Assembly (NCBI GenBank): GCA_964388455.1 | Contig: CAYMAN010000001.1 | Location: forward strand, 27,158 to 91,157 | From: an uncultured Eubacteriales bacterium | Lineage (GTDB): Bacteria > Actinomycetota > Coriobacteriia > Anaerosomatales > JAAXUF01 | DNA: 64,000 nt | Reading direction: 5' to 3' | In this document: piece after piece, positions 17,603 to 27,738 of the stretch | How the letters are laid out: every line of letters begins with the position of its first letter | Position numbering within the stretch: position 1 is the first letter of the stretch | Made by a program: the position numbers and the translations under genes | The notes under the pieces: model-generated | The model's input: only the letters and a program-made list of their open reading frames with translations | What the model was told of the DNA's origin: nothing | The model's database searches: none

Positions 17603-18656
17603 AGAGCACCGTGGCGACGATTCCGCGATTGCCGGACTCGGCCGCATCGCCGCGTGCGGCCGTCGCGCGGAGCACGCACCCCAGCACACTGCCCAGGTCG
17701 ATCGGCGAACCGCTCGTGGCGCTCGTCACAATCGTGAAGGCAGAGACACTGACGCACTCGCTCGCATTTGGGACGGTGTCCGACGCCACCCCTTGGCATA
17801 CATCAACACAGGCGCGAGCTACTTCGGTAGCGCGCGAAGATGAAACGCCGGGCAACACGATCGCGAAGCTGTCATCGTTCAGGCGCCATAGTGTATCCGT
17901 CGGACGCGACAGGCTCGCAAGGGAGAGGGACACGGCTGCGAGGACGGCATCGCCGGCATCGCGGCCGTAAGACTGATTGATAGCACCAAGGTCATCGATA
18001 TCGATCACCACGATGCTGAAATCGCCGCCAAGGACCGGGTCGCACAACGGCTCAATCGCCGATCGCAACAGCGTCGCCGTGGGAAGCCCCGTGAGCGAGT
18101 CCCGTGTCACCAGCGCTCGGGGATGCGCAAACTCGCTCTCCGCCGAACCGAGCAACGCCGCCTGCGACTTCAACTCGAAGGCCTCGAACTCGCACAGCGT
18201 CTCGGCAAGAAGTCGCACGTGTTGGTCGTACTCAATGCGATGCGCTTCTCCCAGATCCTGATCGATCACGCCGATAAACCGGGAAAACGCGGGGTCGAGC
18301 GAGAAGAACTCCATTGAGGCCGCAAAGGCCAGGCGCTGGGTGTCGTTCATGCGATCGAAGCGTTCCGGTGCACTTGCTTGTAGATGTGAAACCACGGCCT
18401 GCATGTAGTCGGCGGTGCCTTGAGAAACCGCTACAGAAAGTTCGAGCTCGCCTCGTGCGTGCCGGCGCAGCAACTCCCCCCACCATCGTACGTGGTCGGC
18501 CTCCTCGACTGAGAGCTGGAAGAACAGTGCGCGGAGGCGGGGGCTCTCGGTCTGCTCGGCGAAGTTCTGGTACACATCGCGCGCCATCACGTCGAGAGCG
18601 GTGCATGACTGCAGAAGTGACTGGATCAACCTCGCGGAGTCGGTCGAAGTACCCAT
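17595..18656 (-). CDS. ferritin-like (di-iron-type) N-terminal domain fused to a degenerate GGDEF domain
   Basis: ATG 18656 (MGTSTDS) with GGGAGGG upstream. N-terminal helices contain ExxH-type motifs (SVEEADHV, EAHRIEYDQH). C-terminal DSLTGLP...VVIDIDDLGAINQSYGRDAGD...RLNDDSFAIVL has NDDSF in place of GGDEF. Confidence 0.65.
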   Translation of the reverse strand: MGTSTDSARLIQSLLQSCTALDVMARDVYQNFAEQTESPRLRALFFQLSVEEADHVRWWGELLRRHARGELELSVAVSQGTADYMQAVVSHLQASAPERFDRMNDTQRLAFAASMEFFSLDPAFSRFIGVIDQDLGEAHRIEYDQHVRLLAETLCEFEAFELKSQAALLGSAESEFAHPRALVTRDSLTGLPTATLLRSAIEPLCDPVLGGDFSIVVIDIDDLGAINQSYGRDAGDAVLAAVSLSLASLSRPTDTLWRLNDDSFAIVLPGVSSSRATEVARACVDVCQGVASDTVPNASECVSVSAFTIVTSATSGSPIDLGSVLGCVLRATAARGDAAESGNRGIVATVLCD

Positions 18657-18708
18657 CAACGCTTCCCTCCCGGGTTTCGGAACCGAGAGCCTCCGGCTAC
18701 TCGTCGGT

Positions 18709-19104
18709 TCAGTTTGCGGCCAGGAACTGTGCGGCGAAGATCCAGAGTGCGCCAAACGCACCAGCCAGATACAGGATCGGTGGGACGAACAGGAGTCCTA
18801 TCCAGTAGCGCCGTGCCAGCAACGCGAATACCAAGAACAACAGCGCGTCGCCGATGGCGAAGAACAAGAACAGCCCTAGGGCCCCCATCGAGGAAGCCGC
18901 GATCAGAACCGGCGGAAGCACGGTCGCGGTGCGCTCCGCGATGCCCAGAACCACGGGCGTCAACGACATGATGAACGCGATCTGTCCGATCACGAGCACC
19001 GTCGACACCGCGAAAGCCACCCAGAAGACCACAGTGAAACTGCTCGGCGTGGCGGAAGGCAGTGCCGTGCGCGGCATCTGCGACTGCTTGGCTGTGTCGG
19101 GCAT
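18709..19104 (-). CDS. integral membrane protein, unknown function
   Basis: Track ORF 18709..19326 trimmed to ATG 19104 (MPDTAKQSQMPRT...). Four hydrophobic helices. No recognised family. Confidence 0.5.
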   Translation of the reverse strand: MPDTAKQSQMPRTALPSATPSSFTVVFWVAFAVSTVLVIGQIAFIMSLTPVVLGIAERTATVLPPVLIAASSMGALGLFLFFAIGDALLFLVFALLARRYWIGLLFVPPILYLAGAFGALWIFAAQFLAAN

Positions 19105-19288
19105 CCTGGTGTCCTCTCGCGGGGAGTCACCGCTCACACTAGCGGGATAGATGGGCTGGTCAAGTGGCCGCCGGGAGGAATCGCATCCAACCGCGCTCGG
19201 AATGCATAAGCGCCCCGCAGGAAACCTGCGAGGCGCTGATGTCATGGGACTGTCGCCGCCGGGGGATGCCGGCGGCGACCAAGGGGGA

Positions 19289-19387
19289 CTAGATGAGGTG
19301 GAGCAGTACCGCCAGGACCATCGCACCGGCGACGATTGCTGCGGTGCGGCCGTAGAAGACGCTACCTTCGCTGAAGCTGTCAGTCAT
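19289..19387 (-). CDS. candidate 32-aa hydrophobic mini-protein (MTDSFSEGSVFYGRTAAIVAGAMVLAVLLHLI)
   Basis: ATG 19387 with AAGGAGG 8 nt upstream. Single predicted TM helix. Divergent from the LysR gene. It is the 3' end of an implausible 190-aa track ORF that runs antisense to lysR. Confidence 0.35.
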   Translation of the reverse strand: MTDSFSEGSVFYGRTAAIVAGAMVLAVLLHLI

Positions 19388-19470
19388 TCGAAACGCCTCC
19401 TTCAGTGCGACCGCCCAATGTGGTCGCGTTGTTTCTACTGCTATCATCGGGCCTGCGAAGCGCAAGAACA

Positions 19471-19500
19471 ATTGTCGTTTCCTAATGTATAGCGTAAGAT
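19471..19500 (+). promoter_or_regulatory. putative sigma70-type promoter giving a leaderless LysR mRNA, plus a T-N11-A dyad
   Basis: TTGTCG (19472..19477), 17-nt spacer, TAAGAT (19495..19500). ATG 19508 is only 7 nt downstream and there is no SD. ATTGTCGTTTCCTAAT contains a T-N11-A dyad typical of LysR boxes. Confidence 0.35.
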
Positions 19501-19507
19501 TTACTTC

Positions 19508-20449
19508 ATGCTTAATGTGACCCGCCTCCGCATGCTCAGAGAGGTCGCCTCGCGCGGCACGCTCGCTGCCGCCGCAGAGGCGCTGTTCATGACGCCCTCG
19601 GCCGTATCGCAGCAGATGGCCGTGCTCGAGCGGGAGACGGGCTCGCAGCTGCTCGAGCGCTACGGACGCGGTGTGCGACTCACCGACGCTGGCACCCAGC
19701 TCGTCGCCAACACCGAGCGCATCCTCGCAGAGATCGAGCGCGCCGAGGCGGATCTCGCCGTCGCATCCCGCGGGGTCGTCGGTCGCGTCCGCGTGTCGGC
19801 CTTCCCTACCGCTGCGCGCGCGCTGCTGATCCCGGCACTTCCTCGACTTCAGGCCGAGCACCCCAATCTCCGGGTATCGATGGTCGACCTTGAGCCCGAG
19901 GAGTCGATCCCCGCGCTCAAGAACGGCGACCTAGACGTCGTCGTAGCCTACGAATGGGGGCTGCTGCCCCGACTCACGGACGCGGGCATCGAGCGCGAGC
20001 AGCTGTTCACCGAGCCCGTCTATCTCGCACTGCCGGCGGACCACCCACTGTCGGGAACGGGGCCGGTGAAGCTCGCCGACCTCAAGAACGAGGAGTGGAT
20101 CGTCGGTCGCGACTCGACGTCGATGCTCGACCTGGTGGTCGCCGCGACTCGTCGGCAGGGCTACGAACCTCTGACCGATTTCCACTCGATGGACTTCCAG
20201 GTCATCCTCTCGGCGGTCGGCGCCGGGCTGGGCGTGGCACTGGTACCGCCGCTCGCTCTCATAGGTACGTATCCCAACGTCGAGATCACCGATGTTTCCG
20301 ATCTCGAGATCAACCGCACCATCTGGGCCGCGATCCGCCGAGGAAGCAACGGCAACCCCGGCATCGCGGCGGTTCTCGCCGCACTCCGAGAGTCCGCCAA
20401 GCGAGTCGCTTGCGAGATTCCTGCCGCGGGGACGAAGCCGAAGGTCTGA
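19508..20449 (+). CDS. LysR-family transcriptional regulator
   Basis: 313 aa. N-terminal HTH LRMLREVASRGTLAAAAEALFMTPSAVSQQMAVLERETG, and a C-terminal substrate-binding-type domain. Confidence 0.9.
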   Translation: MLNVTRLRMLREVASRGTLAAAAEALFMTPSAVSQQMAVLERETGSQLLERYGRGVRLTDAGTQLVANTERILAEIERAEADLAVASRGVVGRVRVSAFPTAARALLIPALPRLQAEHPNLRVSMVDLEPEESIPALKNGDLDVVVAYEWGLLPRLTDAGIEREQLFTEPVYLALPADHPLSGTGPVKLADLKNEEWIVGRDSTSMLDLVVAATRRQGYEPLTDFHSMDFQVILSAVGAGLGVALVPPLALIGTYPNVEITDVSDLEINRTIWAAIRRGSNGNPGIAAVLAALRESAKRVACEIPAAGTKPKV

Positions 20450-20488
20450 CTCGGCGGCGGAATCGGCTAGTCGGGTCTGCCGCGGTCG

Positions 20489-21112
20489 CTAGTCGCCTAC
20501 GACGACGGTGCGCCTGAGATACGTGTCGGTCTCGAGCGCCTTGACCACCACAGACGCGACATCTGCACGCGAGATGCGAGCTGTCTTCTTCAGCAGCGTC
20601 CCGTCGAGTGACACGCGATAGGTGCCGCTGGGCGGGTCGTCGGTGAGTCCGACAGGCCGCACGATCGCCCAATCCAAACCGGTGGCCATGATGCGCCGTT
20701 CCATCCCCTCGAGGTCGTCGTAGATGCCGCGCATCGCCGTCTTGATCAGGGCGCGATACGTCAACGAGAGCGCCTTGTCGGTCCGGGCGAACGTGCCAGC
20801 AGCGCTGATAGCCGCAAGTCGCCGCACATCGCAGACGGCCATCGCGTGGATGACGTTGGAGATTCCCTCCTCGTGAACACCCTTGCCCCCTGATCCTTGC
20901 GACAGAGCGAAGGCGACCGCGTCCTGCCCCACCATCGCGCCTTCCACCGCAGAAAAGTCGCGGACGTCGCCGTTGACGGTCCTCAGCCGCTCGTGGGTCA
21001 ACGCCAGGGGTGTCGAGCGTACAAACGCCGTCACCTCGTGCCCGTGACCCAGCGCGCGTTCAACGATCAGCCGTCCGGTGCGTCCGGCGGCGCCGAGTAC
21101 CAGGATGTTCAA
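20489..21112 (-). CDS. NAD(P)H-binding atypical SDR (NmrA / flavin-reductase-like)
   Basis: TTG 21112 (LNILVLGAAGRTGRLIVERAL, a Rossmann GxxGxxG) inside track ORF 20489..21169. Confidence 0.75.
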   Translation of the reverse strand: MNILVLGAAGRTGRLIVERALGHGHEVTAFVRSTPLALTHERLRTVNGDVRDFSAVEGAMVGQDAVAFALSQGSGGKGVHEEGISNVIHAMAVCDVRRLAAISAAGTFARTDKALSLTYRALIKTAMRGIYDDLEGMERRIMATGLDWAIVRPVGLTDDPPSGTYRVSLDGTLLKKTARISRADVASVVVKALETDTYLRRTVVVGD

Positions 21113-21195
21113 GGTGGTGCCCTTCTCGCGAAACGAGGGATGGCGTGCGAGGCATGATCCGCCGCGCACGCCATCCCGAGTCTAGCTGAGTACGT

Positions 21196-22026
21196 CTACT
21201 TCACTCGCACCTTCACCGCGACTTCTTCGCCATCGACGAAGAACGGGGTGTCGGCGCTGTTGATCTTGTCCTCCATGTCGAAGTTGAAGAGGCCGGCATC
21301 GGCCTTATCGGCGTGGATAGCCACGAGCAGGTTGCTTGTCAGGGGCAGCGGGTCCAGAGCGACAGTCGTGTTGAGCGACTCGCCTGCGGGGATGCGCGCA
21401 AGACCGACGCGACCACCAGGGCCACCGTCCTTCTCGAGGTGCACGACGATCCAGGCATCGGTGGGAGCAACTGCCTTGGATACCACAAGCTCATCCTTGG
21501 CGCCGACCTGATCGGACGCCTCGACCAATGCCGTTCCTGCGGCTGCCGGTACGCCGAACTCGCGCACGCTGGCTACCAGAGCGAGCTCCTTCTCGTTCAC
21601 GAAGAACGGGCGATCGGGGCTCATCTCCTTGTTCATCATGTCGAAGTCGTACTCACCCTTGGTACCGCGGTCCGCGTGCACCGCAACGATGACCTTGGGA
21701 GTCGTGAGATCCTCGAGTTTGACCTTTACGTCGACGGACTCCCCCTTCTTCACAGGGGCGAGTCCTACGCGCATGCCGGGCTTGCCGTTCATGTCGGTGT
21801 GCACGACGATCCAGCCGTCGCTCGGCGAAAGAACGCGTTTCACGACCAGCTCTTCGACGCCGTTCTGATCTTCATCGAGCTCGAGCTGCGCTGTTTCGGC
21901 AGTGGCCACATAGCCCCATACCTTCGAGGTGTCGGTCTTCTCGGCGGTGTCGGTGGCACATCCGGACAAAACCGCCGTTGCCCCGAGCAGGGAGAGTACG
22001 GCGCCTACGAGTGCGATTCGCTTCAT
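21196..22026 (-). CDS. lipoprotein built from two tandem copies of a ~110-aa domain of unknown function; ATGA-coupled to copA
   Basis: [23 protein letters not shown] lipobox. Residues ~43-153 and ~164-275 align ([23 protein letters not shown]... / [23 protein letters not shown]...). Confidence 0.7.
   Translation of the reverse strand: MKRIALVGAVLSLLGATAVLSGCATDTAEKTDTSKVWGYVATAETAQLELDEDQNGVEELVVKRVLSPSDGWIVVHTDMNGKPGMRVGLAPVKKGESVDVKVKLEDLTTPKVIVAVHADRGTKGEYDFDMMNKEMSPDRPFFVNEKELALVASVREFGVPAAAGTALVEASDQVGAKDELVVSKAVAPTDAWIVVHLEKDGGPGGRVGLARIPAGESLNTTVALDPLPLTSNLLVAIHADKADAGLFNFDMEDKINSADTPFFVDGEEVAVKVRVK
21202..21900 (-). repeat. intragenic tandem domain duplication (21568..21900 and 21202..21537)
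   Basis: Protein-level repeat with a 120-aa period. Shared blocks: ELVV.K.V.P.D.WIVVH, G.RVGLA, GES, VA.HAD, F.FDM, PFFV. Confidence 0.7.
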
Positions 22027-25000
22027 GACGGGTCCTTTCTGACGTCCGCGCTGGTTGCGGTTGTGGGCGAGGTGGGCGGCGCGGTGCGCCTACCCGAGGG
22101 CTTCTTGGCAATGCGGAGGCTGGGTTTGAAGCCTCGCAGGAGGAGCGAGTTGGTGACGACTGAGACGCTCGAGAACGCCATGGCGGCGCCGGCGACCCAC
22201 GGGAACGCCGAGAGGAGGCCGACTGCGGCGACCGGGATCAGCACCGTGTTGTAGCCGAGCGCCCAGACGAAGTTCTGGCGGATCTTGCGCATCGTGGCTC
22301 GGGAGAGCTCGATGGCGGTGACAACGTCGCGCAGGTCGTTCTTGATCAGCACGATGCCGCCGGTCTCCATGGCCACGTCAGTGCCCGCGCCCATGGCGAT
22401 TCCCACGTCGGCCTGCGCCAGCGCCGGTGTGTCGTTGATGCCGTCGCCGACCATCGCGACCGTGAGACCCTCGGCCTGCAGCTTCGCGACCTCGGATGCC
22501 TTGTGCTCGGGGAGCACCTCGGCCAGGACCTGCTCGGCGGGGATGCCTACCAGGCGAGCGATGGAGTTGGCGGTGCGGCGGTTGTCGCCGGTGATCATGA
22601 ACACCTTGACGCCCATGTCCTGCAGGCGGCTGACGGCCTCAGCCGAGTTCGGCTTCAGCGTGTCGGCGACGGCGATCATACCGGCCAGCTTCTGTCCGTT
22701 GACGCCCACGAGCATGACGGTCTTGCCTTCGTCCTCAAGTTCCGCGATGCGGTCCTCGAAGCGCGAGATGTCGATGCCCTCGCGGGCCATGAGCTTGCGG
22801 TTGCCGAACACGACGCGCATGCCGTCCACGGTGCCTTCAACGCCGTGACCCGGAACCGCCGAGAAGCCCTCGACGGCAGGAATCACGATGTTGTCGGCCT
22901 TGGCTCGGTTGATGATGGCCTCGGCGAGCGGGTGCTCGGAGTTCTTCTCAAGCGCGGCGGCGAAGGTGAAGACGCGCGTGGCGTCGTGTCCTTCGGCCAG
23001 CTCGATGTTGGTGACTTCCGGCTTGCCGTGCGTGAGCGTGCCCGTCTTGTCGAAGACGATCGCGGATATCTTGTAGGCGGTCTCGAGTGCTTCGCCGGAC
23101 TTGATGAGGATGCCGTTCTCGGCGCCTCGGCCGGTGCCGACCATAATCGCGGTCGGCGTCGCCAGACCCAGCGCGCAGGGGCACGCGATGACCACGACGG
23201 CGATGCCCGCAAGCAGCGCGGCGATCCACCAGCCGTTGGTCGCGGCGGCCATGAGAATCGGCTCGAAGATGAGGAGCGAGGCGGTCGGATCGGGCATTGC
23301 GCCGTAGAGCAGGGGGCCTGCGAACGCCCAGAACAGGAACGTCAGCAGCGCTGCGGCGATGACGAACGGAACGAACACGGCGCTGATGATATCAGCGAAG
23401 CGTTGCACGGGGGCCTTGGAACCCTGAGCGTCTTCCACAAGGCGCACGATCTGCGCGAGCGCGGTATCGGCTCCGACCCTGGTGGCGCGGAAACGGAAGC
23501 TGCCCAGCTTGTTCATGGTCGCGCCGATGACGTTGTCGCCAGCGTTCTTCTCGACCGGGATCGATTCGCCCGTGAGCATCGACTCATCCACCGCCGAGGA
23601 ACCTTCGACCACGACGCCATCGACCGGCACCTTCTCGCCGGGACGGACCACGATCAGGTCGCCGACCAGCACCTGGTCAACGGGGATGTCGATCTCGACG
23701 CCTCCGCGCACGACGCGTGCGGTCTTAGCCGCAAGCCCCATGAGCTTCTTGATCGCGTCGGAGGTCTTGCCCTTGGCGCGAGCCTCGAGCAGCTTGCCCA
23801 TGAGCACGAACATGATCAGCAGCGCGGCGGTCTCATAGAACGCCGGTTCCATCTGTAGCGCCGGAATGAACGTCGCAGCGGCCGAGTAGAAGAACGCAGC
23901 CGAGGTGCCGATGGCGATCAGCAGATCCATGTTGCCGCTCATACGCTTGATCGCATGCCACGCGCCCTTATAGAAGCGGGCGCCGGCGATGAACTGCACC
24001 GGTGCTGCGAGCAGGAACTGAATGTACTTGGAGACGAGCATCGGATCCCACGCACCGCCGATCGCACCGGCGAGCCACTCGGAGATCTTCAGCGGCACAA
24101 GATCCATGAACGGCGGAACCATCGCCAGAATGAGGAGCGGGAGGGAGAGCGCCAGCGAGAAGATGAACATGCGCACTTCGCGCTTGTACGCAGCGGCCTG
24201 AGCGAGCGCCTGTGTGTCCTCGGCATCCGAGCCGAGAGCGACCTCGACCTTGACGGCCGCGTCGTAGCCAGCCGCCTTGACCGCGTTGATGAGGTCGTCG
24301 ACACCCACGACCGTGGGATCGAACTCCACGGTGCCGGTGTTAGCCGCGAGGTTAACGGTGGCCGACGTGACGCCATCCAGCTTCAGCAGCGACTTCTCGA
24401 TGACCGAAGCGCACGACGCACACGTCATGCCGAGAAGTGCCAGCGTGACCTTGCCACCGGCGGTCGGCTTGTCGCTCGCCGCAGTGTGCAGCGGAGTCGC
24501 CGAGTAACCGAGACCGTCGACGACGGCCTTGATGCCGTCCGGATCGATCACGGCGGGGTCGTAGGTCACCGCGAGTCGTTCCGTGGCCAGGTTGACCGTG
24601 GAGGTGACGATGCCGGGGGTCTTGGCGGTGGACTTCTCGATGATGGAGGAGCAGCTGGCACAGGTCATGCCGGCGACCGCAAAGGTGGCGTCGACTACTC
24701 CGGCTGCGGCAGCGCCGACAGCCGAGGCACTTCGCTCAGGGTCCTTGATGGGGGCCCGGGCGGCTTCGCCGCCTTCCCCATCTGCGGAGTCTTCGCTGCG
24801 CACCTCGGCTGTCGGCTCTTCGGCGGTCGGGGTGGGGGTGGATGCGGCCAGTTTGGCTTCGGCGGCTTGGGCTGTGGGGCAGGCTGGGGCGGCATCGGGG
24901 AACTCCGCCGTGGGGAATGCCTCGGCGGCGGTTACGCCGGCCATTACGGCGGCAACTGCGGCTTTGGTGTCGGGGACGGGTGCGGCAGCGGGCACGGGTG

Positions 25001-25787
25001 CGGGCGTCGCTTCGGGTGTGGACGCAGGTGCTCCAGCGGGGTTGATCTCGGGGAGCTCCTTGACGAAGCCTACTCCCAGGATGAAGGGGTCGCCGGGGGT
25101 GAACCCTGCGGCTGTAACGGCTTCCTCGAGACGCTCGGTCGCAACCTCGCGCTCCAGGTAGACGGTTACCGTCTGCTCTTGGGCATCAGCTTCGACGGCG
25201 GCTACGCCGTCAACCTGCTTGGCCTGCATCGAGACGAGCTTCTCGCAGGCACCACAGTGCATACCGACTGCGCTCAGCTTGAGGCGACGGTAGCGCGTGG
25301 ACGCGACCGTCGGCTGAGTGACCGGCTCAACAATTGGCTCGTCGGCGACGGGCTCCACAGCGGTCTCCTCGATCGGCTCGGGAGCGGGCTCCTCCACTGC
25401 GTCCTCCACCTCATCATCGAACTCGGGTATCACACCGCTCGCAGACACTGCGGCTATCGCGTCGCGAAGTGCTTGGGCGACCGACTCGTCCGACCTCTCG
25501 GCCTGAATCGGCAGTTCTGCTGCAGCATCAACGGATGGGTCGTCGATGACCGAAGGTGCGCCCGCCTTGAAACCGGCGCGCATGATCGCCTTGATCATCT
25601 CCTCGAACTGGACGTCGCCGTTGGCGTGGATCGTGACGAGGCTGTTCTCGTAACTTGCATCGACGTCAATCACTCCGTCGATATCGCGCAACCACGCCCC
25701 GAGCTTCTGCTCGCAGGAGTGACACCGCATACCCTCCACCCGGAGGCGGATTGTAAGTGTTGACTCATCGGGAGTTCGTGTTGCCAT
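22023..25787 (-). CDS. copA: copper-translocating P1B-type ATPase with four N-terminal HMA domains
   Basis: 1254 aa. Four GMxCxxC domains ([40 protein letters not shown]) joined by Pro/Ala/Glu-rich linkers. CPC motif ([12 protein letters not shown]), [17 protein letters not shown]. Confidence 0.95.
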   Translation of the reverse strand: MATRTPDESTLTIRLRVEGMRCHSCEQKLGAWLRDIDGVIDVDASYENSLVTIHANGDVQFEEMIKAIMRAGFKAGAPSVIDDPSVDAAAELPIQAERSDESVAQALRDAIAAVSASGVIPEFDDEVEDAVEEPAPEPIEETAVEPVADEPIVEPVTQPTVASTRYRRLKLSAVGMHCGACEKLVSMQAKQVDGVAAVEADAQEQTVTVYLEREVATERLEEAVTAAGFTPGDPFILGVGFVKELPEINPAGAPASTPEATPAPVPAAAPVPDTKAAVAAVMAGVTAAEAFPTAEFPDAAPACPTAQAAEAKLAASTPTPTAEEPTAEVRSEDSADGEGGEAARAPIKDPERSASAVGAAAAGVVDATFAVAGMTCASCSSIIEKSTAKTPGIVTSTVNLATERLAVTYDPAVIDPDGIKAVVDGLGYSATPLHTAASDKPTAGGKVTLALLGMTCASCASVIEKSLLKLDGVTSATVNLAANTGTVEFDPTVVGVDDLINAVKAAGYDAAVKVEVALGSDAEDTQALAQAAAYKREVRMFIFSLALSLPLLILAMVPPFMDLVPLKISEWLAGAIGGAWDPMLVSKYIQFLLAAPVQFIAGARFYKGAWHAIKRMSGNMDLLIAIGTSAAFFYSAAATFIPALQMEPAFYETAALLIMFVLMGKLLEARAKGKTSDAIKKLMGLAAKTARVVRGGVEIDIPVDQVLVGDLIVVRPGEKVPVDGVVVEGSSAVDESMLTGESIPVEKNAGDNVIGATMNKLGSFRFRATRVGADTALAQIVRLVEDAQGSKAPVQRFADIISAVFVPFVIAAALLTFLFWAFAGPLLYGAMPDPTASLLIFEPILMAAATNGWWIAALLAGIAVVVIACPCALGLATPTAIMVGTGRGAENGILIKSGEALETAYKISAIVFDKTGTLTHGKPEVTNIELAEGHDATRVFTFAAALEKNSEHPLAEAIINRAKADNIVIPAVEGFSAVPGHGVEGTVDGMRVVFGNRKLMAREGIDISRFEDRIAELEDEGKTVMLVGVNGQKLAGMIAVADTLKPNSAEAVSRLQDMGVKVFMITGDNRRTANSIARLVGIPAEQVLAEVLPEHKASEVAKLQAEGLTVAMVGDGINDTPALAQADVGIAMGAGTDVAMETGGIVLIKNDLRDVVTAIELSRATMRKIRQNFVWALGYNTVLIPVAAVGLLSAFPWVAGAAMAFSSVSVVTNSLLLRGFKPSLRIAKKPSGRRTAPPTSPTTATSADVRKDPS

Positions 25788-25796
25788 GTTGGGCTC

Positions 25797-26342
25797 CTAC
25801 TCCACAACGATCTTGCCAAAGACCATTTCCATGCCGCACGAGAAGGCGTAGGTACCCGGCTCCAGAGCGCCGAGCTTCACGGTCTTGGGTCCGGCACTCA
25901 GGTCCTCCTGGAATCCGAGGTCCTTTGACTGCACGATCGCAGTGCAGCCGCTGCTCTGCCCGAAGGTAATCTCGGCGGGGACGCCGGCCTTGAGGCTGAT
26001 GACGTTGGGGGCATAGGTGCCGGCCGAGAGGTCGACCGATATCTTCTGCACATCGCCGGAGACGGTCGCTGTACCCGCAACCTCATCGCCGCTTACACCG
26101 TTGGCGGTCGGCTGGCCGGAGCCGCAGCACGCGCACGCCGGTGCATCGCTGCCAGAAGCGCCGCCGGTGGCCGAGCCGCTCTGCGAGCCTGCGGCAACTC
26201 CGGTGGCTCCGGCTGTCCCGGCCGAGCGGCCGCTACCTGCCGATGCGATGCGGTACGCGCCGAAGAAGGCACCCACCACCAGCACACCGACCACAACGAG
26301 TCGCATCGTGTTGCCGCTTGTCTTTGCTTCAGTGGTAGTCAT
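25797..26342 (-). CDS. membrane-anchored cupredoxin-like (cupredoxin_1-type) protein
   Basis: TM MRLVVVGVLVVGAFFGAY, a Gly/Ser/Ala linker with the Cys cluster PACACCGSG, and a beta-rich C-terminal domain ending GTYAFSCGMEMVFGKIVVE. The start could instead be the internal MRLVV. Confidence 0.65.
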   Translation of the reverse strand: MTTTEAKTSGNTMRLVVVGVLVVGAFFGAYRIASAGSGRSAGTAGATGVAAGSQSGSATGGASGSDAPACACCGSGQPTANGVSGDEVAGTATVSGDVQKISVDLSAGTYAPNVISLKAGVPAEITFGQSSGCTAIVQSKDLGFQEDLSAGPKTVKLGALEPGTYAFSCGMEMVFGKIVVE

Positions 26343-26369
26343 TGTTCGTACTCCTCATGTGTCAGACGA

Positions 26370-27626
26370 TCAGGAGAAGAATCCGCCGAATGCGAGTCCT
26401 CCGAGAATTGCGACGATCACGCCGATCACTATCATCGCGAATTGGTTGGGTTCGAAACCCAGAATCGTGACAGCCTTGCGGCTCGAAGCCGCTTCGGCCT
26501 TCTTGCGACGAACGAACCAGAGCGTACCAGCGATGCCCGCGGCCCCGAGAAGGAGCCATGCTGCCGGCGACCCGCCGGTCCCACCTGCCGAGTCACCCAC
26601 GATCAGCTGCCCGGCCATCATGCTCATTCCACACGTCAGCGTGTACGTGCCGGCCTTGGTTGCCGGGATATCGACGTTGGTCACGCCGTTGGGCGCGAGA
26701 TCCACGAGAATGTTGAGCTGCGGCATGAATATCTGTGCCGAGCACGCAACGTCCTCTCGGCGATCCACTACGAGTCGCACGGGGGTATCGGCGGGAATCT
26801 GTACGACATCCGGGACGAACCTGGTGTTCTCGATGACGAGCGGCACTTCCACCACGCCATCTGCACCTGTGGTGTAGCCAGCGGTGGAAGGAGCGGCGCC
26901 TGTGCCGACGATTGCCGTCTTCAGCGTGTTGAATGTGACCGGGGCGCCGGTTGCGACGAGACCCCGGTTGATGAACACGAGACCGAAGATGATGACGCCC
27001 ACGGACAGCACCGTCATCATGCGGTTCTTCCACTCGCGAGGGATAAGCGAGCCGGCGGTACCGAACGCGACCATCAGCGGGGCGGTGCCGAGTCCGAAGG
27101 CGGCCATACCCAAACCGCCCAGAGCGGCGCTGCCGCTGGCGGCGGCCGCCACTTGCGCGGCCATGAGCGGGCCGCACGGAAGCACGCCTGTCATGAGCCC
27201 GAATGTGATCGGTGTCGCCAGCGAGCTGTGACCTTCTTTGGCGTCGGAGACGGACTTGCGACGCATCTTGGAGAGTTGGTTGATCAGCCAACGGGGCGGC
27301 GCCGGAGTGAGCCGAGCTGCCCACTTCACCTTGCCGGTCATCCCCAGGCCGAGCACGATCATGAACACACCGGCCACGTAGTACACATACGGCCGAATCG
27401 CATCGAGGTTGACGAACCCACCGATCGCGCCAAGCAAGAGACCCACGAGCATGTAGCTCACGATCTTGGCCGCCTGGTAGGCAACGTTCGGGGTCAGCTT
27501 CTTATACCAAGGCCCGTCCTCTTCGCCCTTGACCGCATAGGTCAGAACGAGCGGGCCACACATGGACACGCAGTGCAGGCTGGTACCCAGCCCGAGCATG
27601 AACATGGAAACGATGAATACTTGCAC
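26370..27626 (-). CDS. DsbD_2/TauE-like polytopic membrane domain fused to a C-terminal cupredoxin-like domain
   Basis: GTG 27626 with GAGGAG 8 nt upstream (alternative ATG 27650). LGLGTSLHCVSMCGPL and GVLPCGPLMAAQ membrane Cys motifs. C-terminal GTYTLTCGMSMMAGQLIVGD, then a terminal TM helix. Confidence 0.7.
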   Translation of the reverse strand: MQVFIVSMFMLGLGTSLHCVSMCGPLVLTYAVKGEEDGPWYKKLTPNVAYQAAKIVSYMLVGLLLGAIGGFVNLDAIRPYVYYVAGVFMIVLGLGMTGKVKWAARLTPAPPRWLINQLSKMRRKSVSDAKEGHSSLATPITFGLMTGVLPCGPLMAAQVAAAASGSAALGGLGMAAFGLGTAPLMVAFGTAGSLIPREWKNRMMTVLSVGVIIFGLVFINRGLVATGAPVTFNTLKTAIVGTGAAPSTAGYTTGADGVVEVPLVIENTRFVPDVVQIPADTPVRLVVDRREDVACSAQIFMPQLNILVDLAPNGVTNVDIPATKAGTYTLTCGMSMMAGQLIVGDSAGGTGGSPAAWLLLGAAGIAGTLWFVRRKKAEAASSRKAVTILGFEPNQFAMIVIGVIVAILGGLAFGGFFS

Positions 27627-27738
27627 GGAATTGACTCCTCGCTGGTGCATCGGGGCGCTACAGAAAACGCAGCGTACGACATACGATTCCCGCTCCAGGC
27701 GCGCGCGAAGCGGCCGCGTGAGCGGAAGCGAGGAGATC

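Noticed and set aside
24700-25100. Repetitive-looking GC-rich DNA inside copA (possible tandem repeat)
   Set aside because: It encodes Pro/Ala/Glu/Thr-rich linkers between HMA domains. I could not discern any exact DNA repeat unit.
22503-25763. Long plus-strand ORFs (22503..23858, 23955..25763) opposite copA
   Set aside because: They run antisense to a P-type ATPase with all its canonical motifs. Composition is Gly/Arg/Asp-rich with no recognisable domains, so they are GC-driven artefacts.
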